Positions 41,052 through 50,854 of a stretch of 64,000 bases of DNA are shown piece by piece. Each line of letters starts with the position of its first letter. Position 1 is the first letter of the stretch. Origin of the DNA: an uncultured Desulfospira sp. (GTDB lineage Bacteria; Desulfobacterota; Desulfobacteria; Desulfobacterales; Desulfobacteraceae); NCBI GenBank assembly GCA_963663165.1, contig OY760175.1, forward strand, positions 2,944,001-3,008,000, given 5' to 3'. A model generated the notes under the pieces. The model searched no databases. It worked only from the letters and a program-made list of their open reading frames with translations, and was not told the origin of the DNA. The translations under genes and the position numbers were made by a program.

Positions 41052-41423
41052 ACCAGTCTCCTTAATTTTTGGTTAGCGGATCATTTTCACCCGCCATATA
41101 GTGGTTGCGGAACCTGCCGGTCCCGCAATAAAATCAACGCGATTGTAACTTTAATTTTATCTTTTCCTTTTCAACAAGAGATTAAGTACAATTTATTCCA
41201 TTTAAGGTCAAGAAAAAATACATAGAATTCGATATATTATTTTCTTGTTAAAATTGAAAAAATTTGGGTCCGTGTATATTTATAACCGAAATGTATCTAA
41301 ATTTAAGCTGGTTCTTGCGTGGATAACATATTACTATATAAGATAATTTTTGAAATAAAAACCTCAGAGCTGCATATATTTTTGACCCATAATTATATTG
41401 ATATCAATGCATCTTAATGCTTT

Positions 41424-41669
41424 GTGATAGAAATAAAAAAAGGGCGCCGCGGCCCCTTTGGGGAACTGGCCGCCTCATTTTCCGTTATCGGCATCGGCCT
41501 GCCGTCAGCCGGCCAGTGGTTAGCGGCCAATTATACCAAAGCGTGGGGCAGTGCCTTCTGGTCCGGGCAGACCATGGCCCTCATTATGGGTGCGGTCCTG
41601 TTTTTCATTCTGGAATACGATAAAAGAGGGGAAAAAGCCTTTACCGGAGCGGCCTTGTCTGACCGGTAA
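41424..41669 (+). pseudogene. Possible membrane-protein C-terminal remnant
   Basis: Two hydrophobic segments after an AT-rich gap; no recognisable family. Confidence 0.3.
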
Positions 41670-41751
41670 TACGGCAGAATTTACGTTCCTGCTCTTGCTT
41701 TAAAATGATCATTTAGAGCAGGTGCAGGATTAAGAGCAAGATGCCTTACAC

Positions 41752-42534
41752 TTACTTTTTCCGGTACCCGCCCGGAAAAATCTGAACCATATCATGATCA
41801 AACCCGCGAAGGGCTTCGGACAGCCCAATAAACAAATATCCATCAGGTTTCAGGGCATTCAGCAAATGCTCTACCACCTTTTTACGGGTGACCACATCAA
41901 AATAAATCATCACATTCCGGCAAAAAATAATATCATAATTTTTTTTGGACGATCGGTTCAGCAGATTGTGCTTGGCAAATGTAACATATCGCCGGACACC
42001 GGGTTTGAGCCGGACAAACCCCTTTTGAGCGTTTTTCCCCTTTTGAAAATAGGCATGCAGCATTTTGACGGGAACTTCCCTGATCCGTTCCGTTGGATAG
42101 ATCGCCTTTTTTGCGATCTCCAGCATGGAATCAGACACATCAGACGCGAAAATTTTAAAATCATAGGACCGGTCAATCAGCTGCACAGCAATGGAAAAGG
42201 CCTCTTCCCCGCTGGAAGAGGCCGCACTCCAGATTTTTAAGGGCCTGTCATTGGGGATGGTGTTGACAATAAATTCGCAGTGCTTGTTTTCCCTGAAAAA
42301 AAAGGTATGGTTGGTGGTGGTCGCATCAATAAACCGGTCAAATTCACCCGGATTCGACAGGATCAGCTCAATATAATCGGATACGGAAGACACCCCGGCA
42401 AGCCGGACCCGCTTGGACAGCATGGCTTCAAGAAAATGGTATTTTTTCTCATTTAAAACAACACCGGATTCCCTGTAAACGATCTTGGCCAGTTGCAGGT
42501 ATTGCTCTTTGGTCATTTTTATATTAGGTGCCAT
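41752..42534 (-). CDS. cheR: Chemotaxis protein-glutamate methyltransferase
   Basis: TTNHTFFFRE, IWSAASSSGEE, IFCRNVMIYF. Confidence 0.95.
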   Translation of the reverse strand: MAPNIKMTKEQYLQLAKIVYRESGVVLNEKKYHFLEAMLSKRVRLAGVSSVSDYIELILSNPGEFDRFIDATTTNHTFFFRENKHCEFIVNTIPNDRPLKIWSAASSSGEEAFSIAVQLIDRSYDFKIFASDVSDSMLEIAKKAIYPTERIREVPVKMLHAYFQKGKNAQKGFVRLKPGVRRYVTFAKHNLLNRSSKKNYDIIFCRNVMIYFDVVTRKKVVEHLLNALKPDGYLFIGLSEALRGFDHDMVQIFPGGYRKK

Positions 42535-42687
42535 GCGATTTTCCCGGATAATGTCTGCTGTCGTCGATTTCCCCTTTGAATGATGAGATGTGGTGGGGGA
42601 AAACCAGGGGCGACAGGACCGCCCCCTGTGTTTGTGCCATATATAGATCAAACCAGACGGTTTGATTATTGTCAATAAATAATTGAA

Positions 42688-42800
42688 GGGAGACCGAAAA
42701 CCGGAGACGGGAGACCGGAATGCGAAACCCCTAAGGATGCGCGATCCGGTCTCCGGTCTCCGGTTTCCTTCCTTCCGGTTTCCTTTCCATTCCCTTTCCT
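42688..42800. repeat. Inverted heptamer arrays (GGAGACC / GGTCTCC)
   Basis: GGGAGACCG...CCGGAGACGGGAGACCGG then CCGGTCTCCGGTCTCCGG; similar arrays at 53416-53620. Confidence 0.8.
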
Positions 42801-42813
42801 GTATAAAGGCCGG

Positions 42814-43713
42814 ATGATAAAAAAAGAGTATATGCTTGGACTGCTGACCGTTTTGTTCTGGTCAACTTCGGCCACGGCCTTTGAACTGACGCTCCGGTAT
42901 ATGGATGTTTTTCAGCTGCTGTTTTACGCTGTTGTAACCTCCACCTTGATTCTTGGCGCTTGCCTGAAAGCCTGTGGAAAATTTAACGCGGTTTTCGGGC
43001 TTAAGCCCAGGGAGTATGGCTTTTACGCAGGCCTTGGGTTTCTCAACCCCTTCATGTATTACCTGATGGTGGTCAAGGCCTATGATCTGCTGCCGGCCCA
43101 GATGGTCCAGCCCATCAATTACACCTGGGTAATCACCTTGTCTATCCTGGCCGTTCCCCTGTTAAAGCAGACCTTTGGCAAAATCCAGATGGCGGCCACC
43201 CTTATCAGCTATGCCGGGGTGGTGGTGATTTCCACGGGCACCGGCGGCGGCCCCGGGGAACCCATGAATTATTTCGGGGTGTTTCTGGCCGTGGGCTGCA
43301 CCCTGATCTGGGCGCTTTACTGGATTTTTAATATCAAGTCCCAACAGGATCCTGTGGTGGCCATTTTCCTGAATGGTTTTTTCAGCCTTCCCTTTTTGGC
43401 CCTGTCCTGTCTTGCCTTTTCTTCCTTTGCCGTGCCGCATGCCAGAGGCCTTTTGGGGGCGGTCTGGATCGGCTGCTTTGAATTGGGATTTGCCTTTATT
43501 TCCTGGATTACGGCTTTAAAATTATCAGAGAATACCGGCCGGGTGGCCAATTTAATTTTTCTGACCCCTTTTGTATCCCTGGTGTTTATCCACGAAATTC
43601 TGGGGGAAACCATCTATCCTGAGACCTTTATGGGACTGTTTCTCATCCTTTTGGGAATCGGGTTCCAGAAATATCATGAGTTTGCGCATTCAACCAAAGG
43701 AGGGCCAAGGTGA
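42814..43713 (+). CDS. EamA/DMT transporter
   Basis: About 10 TMs; LFWSTSATAF, INYTW. Confidence 0.9.
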   Translation: MIKKEYMLGLLTVLFWSTSATAFELTLRYMDVFQLLFYAVVTSTLILGACLKACGKFNAVFGLKPREYGFYAGLGFLNPFMYYLMVVKAYDLLPAQMVQPINYTWVITLSILAVPLLKQTFGKIQMAATLISYAGVVVISTGTGGGPGEPMNYFGVFLAVGCTLIWALYWIFNIKSQQDPVVAIFLNGFFSLPFLALSCLAFSSFAVPHARGLLGAVWIGCFELGFAFISWITALKLSENTGRVANLIFLTPFVSLVFIHEILGETIYPETFMGLFLILLGIGFQKYHEFAHSTKGGPR

Positions 43714-44555
43714 TCAGTTCTCAGACCCTGGCTGTTGTATACGGCATCAGCAGTGCGGTGGCCTGGGGCGCCGCGGACTTTAACGGCGGGCTGGCTTCCC
43801 GCAAGGGAATGCTTCTGGGCGTGGTGGCATCCTCTCAGACCATTGGCGGAGCCTTCCTGCTGCTGGCCGCCATTTTCACCTTTGAACCTGTTCCTCCCCT
43901 GGCCCATTTTGCTTACGGGGGACTGGCCGGCCTGTTCGGCATCCTGGGGTTGCTGGCGTTGTACCAGGGCCTGGCCCAGGGGCGCATGGGGATTGTGGCA
44001 CCGCTGTCCGCCGTGCTGACAACCCTTGTTCCCATGGGGTATACCATGCTGCACCAGGGCATGCCCTCCATCCTGCAGATGACCGGGTTTGTCTTTTTTG
44101 TTGTTGCGGTATGGCTGTTGTCATCCGGGGATGCATCCTTTAAGATGGCCTTGAATGAACTTTTCCTGTCCGTTGCGGCAGGCCTGGGGTTCGGGCTGTT
44201 TTTCATCTTCATAGACCAGGCCAATGACGTGGCCGTATTCTGGCCCCTGGCCGGTGCCAGGCTTGTTTCCATCTCCTTTATCCTGGTGGTTATACGGATA
44301 ATGAAAAAACCGTTCATCCCCGTCCCCGGGCAATGGAAATTCATCATTCTTGCCGGAGTGCTGGACGCCGCCGGCAACTGTCTTTTTTCCATGGCGGCCC
44401 GGCTCGGCCGCCTGGACATTGCCGCGGTCTTAAGCTCCCTGTATCCGGCGGCCACCGTTCTTCTGGCCTTTGTGTTCCTTAAAGAAAAACTTCACCGGGT
44501 GCAGTGGTTGGGGGTGGCGGCCGCCTTTGTTTCCCTGGTTTTGATTTCTGTGTAA
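43710..44555 (+). CDS. EamA/DMT transporter
   Basis: WGAADF.GG, GRMGIVAP, SSLYPA, LKEKL. Confidence 0.9.
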   Translation: MISSQTLAVVYGISSAVAWGAADFNGGLASRKGMLLGVVASSQTIGGAFLLLAAIFTFEPVPPLAHFAYGGLAGLFGILGLLALYQGLAQGRMGIVAPLSAVLTTLVPMGYTMLHQGMPSILQMTGFVFFVVAVWLLSSGDASFKMALNELFLSVAAGLGFGLFFIFIDQANDVAVFWPLAGARLVSISFILVVIRIMKKPFIPVPGQWKFIILAGVLDAAGNCLFSMAARLGRLDIAAVLSSLYPAATVLLAFVFLKEKLHRVQWLGVAAAFVSLVLISV

Positions 44556-44705
44556 ATAGAGTACCCTGAAGAATAGTATAAATACGGTTCCACAATTCAT
44601 AAAAATAGTGAAATTTTACATACAAAATATACCTTGCCCGTATCAAAAAGTATATGCTATAAGTATTTATTCATAAAAATAAATGAAAAACTACGCTTAA
44701 AATAT

Positions 44706-45524
44706 ATGCCGGAAATTTTAGAAGGTATAGGAAAAACAGATCGGCAGCGGATAGCGGCCATACTGCGCGGTACCAAGGGAACGATTTCGGTTAAGGAGGC
44801 CGCAAAAATTTTAGCTGTCCCCCCTCAGGAAGCGGCTAAGATGCTGTACAGATGGGCAAAGAAAGGCTGGGTGTCGCGGGTGCGGCAGGGGCTTTATGTA
44901 CCCGTTCCCCTGGAGTCCGAATCTGCAAATGTGAGTCTTGAGAACCCCTGGATTGTGGCCCAGCAGCTCTATTTTCCCTGTTATATCGGAGGGTGGAGCG
45001 CGGCAGAGTATTTTGACCTCACTGAGCAGATGTTCTTTACCATCATGGTGATGACCGAGCGCAAACCCAGGATAAGGCAGCCTGTATACAAAGATCAGTC
45101 CTTTTTAATCCGGACGGTTCCAAAATCTGCCATGTTCGGGCTTCAGCCGGTATGGCAGGGTCAGGTGAAGATCATGGTGTCTGATCCGGCCCGGACCCTG
45201 GCGGATATGCTGATCAATCCATCCTGCGGAGGGGGGATCCGGATGGTAAAAGAGATGCTGGCCCGCCTGATTAAAACACGGCCTGAGATGCTTGAGTACT
45301 TGATAAATTATGGAAGAAGACTTGGCAAGGGGGTTTTGTTCAAACGGCTGGGGTTTCTTTTAGAACTATTGGAATTAAGGGATGAAGCTGTTCTTGAGGG
45401 TTGCCGGAAACAATTGACATCCGGGAATGCCAAGCTGGACCCTGCTCTTGCAAATTCCAGGCTTGTGACCCGGTGGCGGCTCTGGGTACCGGAAAATTGG
45501 AAAAAGGCTCCGACCCATGATTGA
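44706..45524 (+). CDS. Type IV TA antitoxin AbiEi-like
   Basis: N-terminal wHTH (RVRQGLY), YIGGWSAAEY, VSDPARTLAD, KRLGFLLE. Start at ATG 44706. Confidence 0.88.
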   Translation: MPEILEGIGKTDRQRIAAILRGTKGTISVKEAAKILAVPPQEAAKMLYRWAKKGWVSRVRQGLYVPVPLESESANVSLENPWIVAQQLYFPCYIGGWSAAEYFDLTEQMFFTIMVMTERKPRIRQPVYKDQSFLIRTVPKSAMFGLQPVWQGQVKIMVSDPARTLADMLINPSCGGGIRMVKEMLARLIKTRPEMLEYLINYGRRLGKGVLFKRLGFLLELLELRDEAVLEGCRKQLTSGNAKLDPALANSRLVTRWRLWVPENWKKAPTHD

Positions 45525-46365
45525 TAAGTCTGAAATCATGGCCTTTGCACGGCAGTTTCATTTAAGGGCCAGTGTGGTGGAAAAGGATTATGTCCTGGGA
45601 TGGGTGTTGGCTGGAATTTTTAACCATCCGGCCATTGGAGGGCAATGGATATTTAAAGGGGGGACCTGCCTTAAAAAATGCCATATCAATACCCAGCGGT
45701 TTTCTGAAGATCTTGATTTCACCCTGACAAAGGAGGCCGTGTTAGATCAAGCTACGCTCACAGTTGTATTCAAAGGGATCAGTGCATGGGTCTATGACGC
45801 GTCCGGTATAGAACTGCCTGAATCTTTGATCCGCTTCAATGGATATGAAAATCACATGGGAGGCATATCGGCCCAAGGCAAGGTTGGCTATAAAGGGCCT
45901 TTGATGCCGGGAGGGGATCTGCCCCGCATCAAGCTTGATCTGACCCTGGATGAAATTGTGGTACAATCCCCTTTAACACTTGAGGTGTCACATCCTTATT
46001 CAGACTTTCCCCAAGGGGGGATCCACATCCTGGGGTATTCATTTGAAGAGGTTTTTGCAGAAAAGATCAGGGCTTTGGCTGAGCGGGAGCGGCCCAGGGA
46101 TCTTTATGATGTGGTCTGCCTTTATCGCCAGTGTGGGGATACCTGTGATCTTAAACAGATCCGGGATATCCTGAAAAAGAAATGCCGGTTTAAGCATATT
46201 GCCTTTCCTACCCTGGAAGGATTGAAGAACAGGCCGGAACAGCAGGAACTGGAAGCCGAATGGAAGAACATGCTGGGGCATCAAATAGGTGTCTTACCGG
46301 AATTTAAAATATTTTGGAAAGACCTTGAAATGGTGATGGCATGGCTGAACCAAGACGTCAAATGA
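45517..46365 (+). CDS. Type IV TA toxin AbiEii-like nucleotidyltransferase
   Basis: EKDY, FKGGTCLKK, RFSEDLDF, AEKIRAL, RDLYD. Confidence 0.93.
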   Translation: MIDKSEIMAFARQFHLRASVVEKDYVLGWVLAGIFNHPAIGGQWIFKGGTCLKKCHINTQRFSEDLDFTLTKEAVLDQATLTVVFKGISAWVYDASGIELPESLIRFNGYENHMGGISAQGKVGYKGPLMPGGDLPRIKLDLTLDEIVVQSPLTLEVSHPYSDFPQGGIHILGYSFEEVFAEKIRALAERERPRDLYDVVCLYRQCGDTCDLKQIRDILKKKCRFKHIAFPTLEGLKNRPEQQELEAEWKNMLGHQIGVLPEFKIFWKDLEMVMAWLNQDVK

Positions 46366-46399
46366 AAATGTCTGTATATTCTCATTTTTCAATGACTTT

Positions 46400-46506
46400 G
46401 CCATCTGTTTTTCTGGCCTTTGTGTTCCTTAAAGAAAAACTTCACCGGGTGCAGTGGCTGGGGGGTAGCGGCCGCCTTTGTTTCCCTGGTTTTGATGTCT
46501 GTGTGA
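46400..46506 (+). repeat. Direct repeat of the last ~105 bp of the EamA gene (44451-44555)
   Basis: TTCTGGCCTTTGTGTTCCTTAAAGAAAAACTTCACCGGGTGCAGTGG... present twice; the second copy has indels. Confidence 0.95.
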
Positions 46507-46555
46507 GGGGAGGGGAAGAATCATACACTTTGGCAGCCGTCCCGCGGTGCTGCCA

Positions 46556-46857
46556 CAGGGCAATCGCATGTAAAAAAATTATCCTCGATGATTTTTATTT
46601 ATATAGGCATTCAAGGTCCCCCCCTCTGTGGTGTTTGGCGTAAGCCAAATCTCTGTGCCCTCTGTGGTTTAAAAATATGAAATCCCGAAGGGGTTGAATT
46701 ATTCTTCTTTAACCTCCTGGTTTTATAAATTGTGGGCTTCGCCCACTCTTTAAATTTAACCACAGAGGGGCACAGAGAAACACAGAGTTTCAGTGCTGCG
46801 CACTGAAATTACATTCGGTAAGCTTAAACAGTGGGAAAGTCACATGCGATTGCCCTG
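46556..46857. mobile_element. MITE with CAGGGCAATCGCATGT terminal IRs and 10-bp target duplication
   Basis: CAGGGCAATCGCATGT / ACATGCGATTGCCCTG; GGTGCTGCCA on both flanks (46546-46555, 46858-46867). Confidence 0.88.
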
Positions 46858-46908
46858 GGTGCTGCCAGCTTTAACTGGACAAAAAAAAATTTTTGTACTA
46901 TTGATCGG

Positions 46909-47047
46909 TTTATAAGAAACTGGAGACAAGAAAAAAGAGACAAGAGGGCGAAGCACCTGCGGTGCCCAATTTATAGTCTACCGTTGCTGGTATCTTCAGT
47001 TTCATTATTCGTTGTGGGCTTGTGGCCCATGGCCGTTTATATGGAAA
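46909..47047 (+). repeat. Inverted copy of 31681-31790 ending in short-hairpin folded repeat F
   Basis: TTTCATTATTCGTTGTG-GGCTTGTGGCCC-ATGGCCGTTTATATGGAAA. Confidence 0.88.
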
Positions 47048-47158
47048 CCGCAACAGAACGGGGCCATATAAATTAAATTTTCAGATTCCCAGGATAACCC
47101 TGATTTTAAAGTGATGTTTTATCATCGTCGATATGTGCAAAACCCTAAGGAGTCTTTT

Positions 47159-47347
47159 ATGGCTAAAAGAAAAAGAAAAGTTATTGAAAGGCGCTTTCAA
47201 GACCGCCGGAAAGGATATAACCTTGAACTCATGGACCGGATTGGACTGGAACGACGGAAAAGCGAAAGACGGGACCGGGCCGAACGGCGCAGCGGCTGGC
47301 TCCGCCTTGACGGGTTTACCAGTATAAGGACCAACCAGGAAGTTTGA
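47159..47347 (+). CDS. Small basic protein with ERR/DRR repeats
   Basis: TAAGGAG RBS; ERRFQDRR, ERRKSERR, ERRSGW. Confidence 0.65.
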   Translation: MAKRKRKVIERRFQDRRKGYNLELMDRIGLERRKSERRDRAERRSGWLRLDGFTSIRTNQEV

Positions 47348-47362
47348 CAAAAAGAATTTCGC

Positions 47363-47602
47363 TTATTTTTTTTTGCGCCACATTTTTGCAAGGTCTTCGT
47401 CTGTCGGTGCCTCACGGGTCTCCACAGGGGTGCCCGGGTATTGGGTAATAGTATCCCTGTCCGGGTCTTCTTTGGGCAGGTACCGGACAACTTTGCCGTC
47501 TTCATCCCGGTAAATATAGGTTCCTCCTGAGGCGGTGCCGCAGAAGGCCCCAAGGAGGATTGCCATAATTATCACTGTGGCACTGGTTGTCATATATTTC
47601 AT
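47363..47602 (-). CDS. Small exported protein (DUF4124-like)
   Basis: Signal peptide then YIYRDEDGKV; GGAG RBS. Confidence 0.65.
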   Translation of the reverse strand: MKYMTTSATVIIMAILLGAFCGTASGGTYIYRDEDGKVVRYLPKEDPDRDTITQYPGTPVETREAPTDEDLAKMWRKKK

Positions 47603-47617
47603 GTTTGGTTCTCCGTT

Positions 47618-47691
47618 TTTTAGCCGTTAGCTGTTAGCCGGTGGATACAAGCCCAAAAGCTAACCACTAAAGGCTAACAGCTAAAAGCTGA
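47618..47691. repeat. Inverted heptamer arrays (TTAGCCG / GCTAACA)
   Basis: Same family as 25905 and 33715. Confidence 0.8.
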
Positions 47692-47695
47692 TTTA

Positions 47696-50600
47696 TCATT
47701 GAAGGCCGCCGAAACTGCTGTCCGTGGAATCCCCGTCGCAGTCTACCCCGAGTTGGACCCCGAAATCCGCCAGGCTTAACAGGGACTGGCTGCCGTTATC
47801 ACCAATATCCCCCATGACAAAGACGGCGATCTCGCTTCTTTCGGACTGGCTGCCGAAATCTTCGCCGCTGGGCGAGGTAAACCGGCCGGTTCTGAGGGTA
47901 TACCCGTCGCTCTGGCGGGTACAGTCCGTATTCGGGTTGACAATCCAGTAGGTTCCCTCTACCGGGGTTTCTTCAACGGATACGTTATCCACCAGTGTAA
48001 ATTTGTCGACGTTCTGGCAGTCAATTCTTCCCGAACAACCCGACCATTCATCAATGTCAAATACCGGCCATTTCAACGCACCTGGACTGTTTGTCCCAAA
48101 GGTTGCATTGTACGGATACCGGATGGTATTGTTATAAAGGTTGTCTGCCCTGGCCCGCCTGGGATCAAAACTGACCAGAGGATTGGCATAATAGACCGTA
48201 ATATCATTCACCTTCCGGCCGTCAATACTCTTTTCATGTACCCTGACAAACAAACTGGACAGGTCCACCGGGGTGCCGTTGGTTTTGACCATTGCCGCAT
48301 CGGCAGAAATATCTTTATAGGCCACCCACCGCCGGTTTTCCGCGCCCCCCTGGACATACTGTTCCCACAGGACCACCAGAAGCCTGTTGTTTACCTCGCC
48401 GGTCCCTTTGAAGTACGGTTTGATGGAGTCGGGGATCATATCATTGACATCGTTGCTGCTCGGATCATACCGCATGAAGGAAATCCCGTAACCGGCATAC
48501 TTTCCCGATTCTTCTTCATGCCACCTAAAACAGATGCCGGCTGCGGCATAGTTGAGTTCATCGCCCCAGATCTGTTTGACCTGAATGGTGTAACTTAAAT
48601 AATGGCTGGCAGACTCCCATTTTGCGGAAATATCGCTGTTCCGGCTCAAGGGAAGAATATACTCGCCAATGGTGTTTTTGGGATATCCCAAAAAGACAAT
48701 GGTTCCGTTGTCTCCCACGGCATAGATGCCGGTCAGGTCTTTTCCCCAGATAGAGTTTAAATCTTCGGTCACCTCATCATCGGGGTCGTCTACAATTTCA
48801 AACCCTTCTCCTTTATTGTACAGGATGGTGCCGTTGTCCCCGACCACATAAAAATCTGTGGCACTGTTGCCGTATATGCCGTTAAGATTCTCCGTGGTGG
48901 GAATAAGGCTTGGGGAAATCTGATTCCAGCCGTTTCTCCAGTTGGTGGCCCCCTGGGTATTTTGAAGAATGGCCCCGTTATCGCCCACGGCATACTGGTT
49001 TGCCCATTCGCTTCCCCAGATCCCCCTTAAAGGGATGCCGGATATGATCACATACGTAAAAAACTCATGCTGGATGAGGCCGTCGCCCTCATAAAACGAA
49101 GGCGCTTTGCTGCCGGAAAATTCCCCGACCATGACATTCTGGTTTGAATAGCCCCCGTAAGATTCGGTAACAGCCCAAAGGCACCGGAAATTGGCTTTCC
49201 CGCCAAACTGGCTGATGTAAGCGTTGTAATGGCTGAACTGGTGGTAAGCGTTCCAGCTGTTACTCCAATGATAAGGATTGGTACCGGCTTCGCCGTATCC
49301 GTCAAAATGGTTCCAGGCGGTCCCGTTGGCGGCATAGACATCATAGGTTCTCGAATTTCTCCCCAGAATCCAGCCGCTTCCCTCGTTGATCATGACTGTC
49401 CCGTCCGCCCCCCCGATAAAAATTTGATCCTTTTCTGTGGCGTCATCCTTTTCATCGGGCAACCCCCATATGGCGTAAAGGGTTTTTCCGTTGCAGGTTG
49501 TCACGGCATCGTCTTCAAGGGTGATGTCGGTACCGTCAAAATGGAGCACGGTTCCGTCTTCACCCACAAAATACATGTTATCCGAGGCATTTCCCCATAT
49601 GCCGTATAAATCCTTATCCCGGACCGCCTCGGGAATCCGCTCCTTGTCAATCACCTCCATGGTATAGCCGGCATCCTGGTCTTCTTCGCTGAAGTTCTGA
49701 AAGGTCAGCACGGAACTGGTGGGTTCGTCCGTATACTCGGTCTGTATTTCCTGGGTCGTGGAGACGTACAGATCCCTTTCAGACAGTCCCTCACTGTTGT
49801 CAAACTCCCAGTTTTTCAGGACGGTTTTTGCACTAGGGCCAATCCCTTCTTCGTCGTCAAAGGTATCAGCACCCCCGGTACCGCCGAGATCAAGGGTTTC
49901 TGCCGTGTCCGGCGGCACGTACAATTCATCGGTTAAGTAAACGTTTAAATCCAGTTCCCGGCTGGCTTCCATATTTCCGCTTCCCGCAGCGCCCACCGAT
50001 TCAATCCGGACCTGTTTTTTCATGACCACCCTGGAACCCGAATCAAGATTCAGGGGCAGGCTTGCGTCATCAACCGGCTGGATATCCGATAATACGATAC
50101 GGTTATTGGCGTCTGTTGTCCGCTGGCGGTACCGGTATGATCCTTCATGGGTGTCTTCATCCTCGTACAGGTCAATAAATCCGTTTCTCTCGGGTAAAAG
50201 CTCCTCTAAGCTTGCATCCACAGAAATAGAAAAGTCCCCGCCTTCTTCAACCCTGGTGCCGTCAGGAGGGGAAAATGCCAGATACACACAGGTATGGGAA
50301 TCAACTTCAACCGTCTCGCTGCCGGTCAGGGTAATGGAAAATTCGTCTGAATCCATGGCCGATGCCTTGGCGTCGGGGGTGCCTGCTCCATACGGATAAA
50401 ATTTACCGTTAATGCAGACGGTACCGGATTCGGGAAGCACATTCTCAAATCCGTCAGGAAACTTGCCAGGCACCCGCATGCTCAGGGAGGTGAATTCTCC
50501 ATCTGAATTGGCCACAAAAAAATAGGGGTAAATGGAGAGCTGGAAACTGCCGTTGTTGTTCCGCAGGGTCACCTTTTCCTGGTTCATGGCCTCTAACCGG

Positions 50601-50827
50601 TCAAGCTTGTCATCAAAGTCCCCGGCACTGATGTATTCCCCGCCGGCATACCGGTATCCGGCCTCAGCCACATTAACGGCCCGAAGCTCAATATTCTTTT
50701 CCGCTGTTTCCAGGGAAGAAGAGTTGAGCATCAAACCGGCCCCGACCCCCAAAGAAAGGACCACCATCATGACCATAACCGTTATCAGTATGGCACCGGC
50801 TTCCCTGTTTTGATGTGTTACCCTCAT
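47696..50827 (-). CDS. Large PilX-like N-terminal pilus-associated protein with propeller-like repeats
   Basis: GAILITVMVMMVVL...AEAG PilX-like start; repeated LxGIWG...YxVGDxGTI units. Confidence 0.8.
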   Translation of the reverse strand: MRVTHQNREAGAILITVMVMMVVLSLGVGAGLMLNSSSLETAEKNIELRAVNVAEAGYRYAGGEYISAGDFDDKLDRLEAMNQEKVTLRNNNGSFQLSIYPYFFVANSDGEFTSLSMRVPGKFPDGFENVLPESGTVCINGKFYPYGAGTPDAKASAMDSDEFSITLTGSETVEVDSHTCVYLAFSPPDGTRVEEGGDFSISVDASLEELLPERNGFIDLYEDEDTHEGSYRYRQRTTDANNRIVLSDIQPVDDASLPLNLDSGSRVVMKKQVRIESVGAAGSGNMEASRELDLNVYLTDELYVPPDTAETLDLGGTGGADTFDDEEGIGPSAKTVLKNWEFDNSEGLSERDLYVSTTQEIQTEYTDEPTSSVLTFQNFSEEDQDAGYTMEVIDKERIPEAVRDKDLYGIWGNASDNMYFVGEDGTVLHFDGTDITLEDDAVTTCNGKTLYAIWGLPDEKDDATEKDQIFIGGADGTVMINEGSGWILGRNSRTYDVYAANGTAWNHFDGYGEAGTNPYHWSNSWNAYHQFSHYNAYISQFGGKANFRCLWAVTESYGGYSNQNVMVGEFSGSKAPSFYEGDGLIQHEFFTYVIISGIPLRGIWGSEWANQYAVGDNGAILQNTQGATNWRNGWNQISPSLIPTTENLNGIYGNSATDFYVVGDNGTILYNKGEGFEIVDDPDDEVTEDLNSIWGKDLTGIYAVGDNGTIVFLGYPKNTIGEYILPLSRNSDISAKWESASHYLSYTIQVKQIWGDELNYAAAGICFRWHEEESGKYAGYGISFMRYDPSSNDVNDMIPDSIKPYFKGTGEVNNRLLVVLWEQYVQGGAENRRWVAYKDISADAAMVKTNGTPVDLSSLFVRVHEKSIDGRKVNDITVYYANPLVSFDPRRARADNLYNNTIRYPYNATFGTNSPGALKWPVFDIDEWSGCSGRIDCQNVDKFTLVDNVSVEETPVEGTYWIVNPNTDCTRQSDGYTLRTGRFTSPSGEDFGSQSERSEIAVFVMGDIGDNGSQSLLSLADFGVQLGVDCDGDSTDSSFGGLQ

Positions 50828-50854
50828 GTTTTGCTGCCTTTATCTTAAATATGG

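Noticed and set aside
44451..46506. DGR template/variable repeat pair (also considered for the TBDR pair)
   Set aside because: Mismatches are not adenine-specific and include indels; the only RT is a dead group II intron fragment.
46341..46643. 100-aa ORF resembling EamA
   Set aside because: Artefact of the duplicated gene end running into a MITE.
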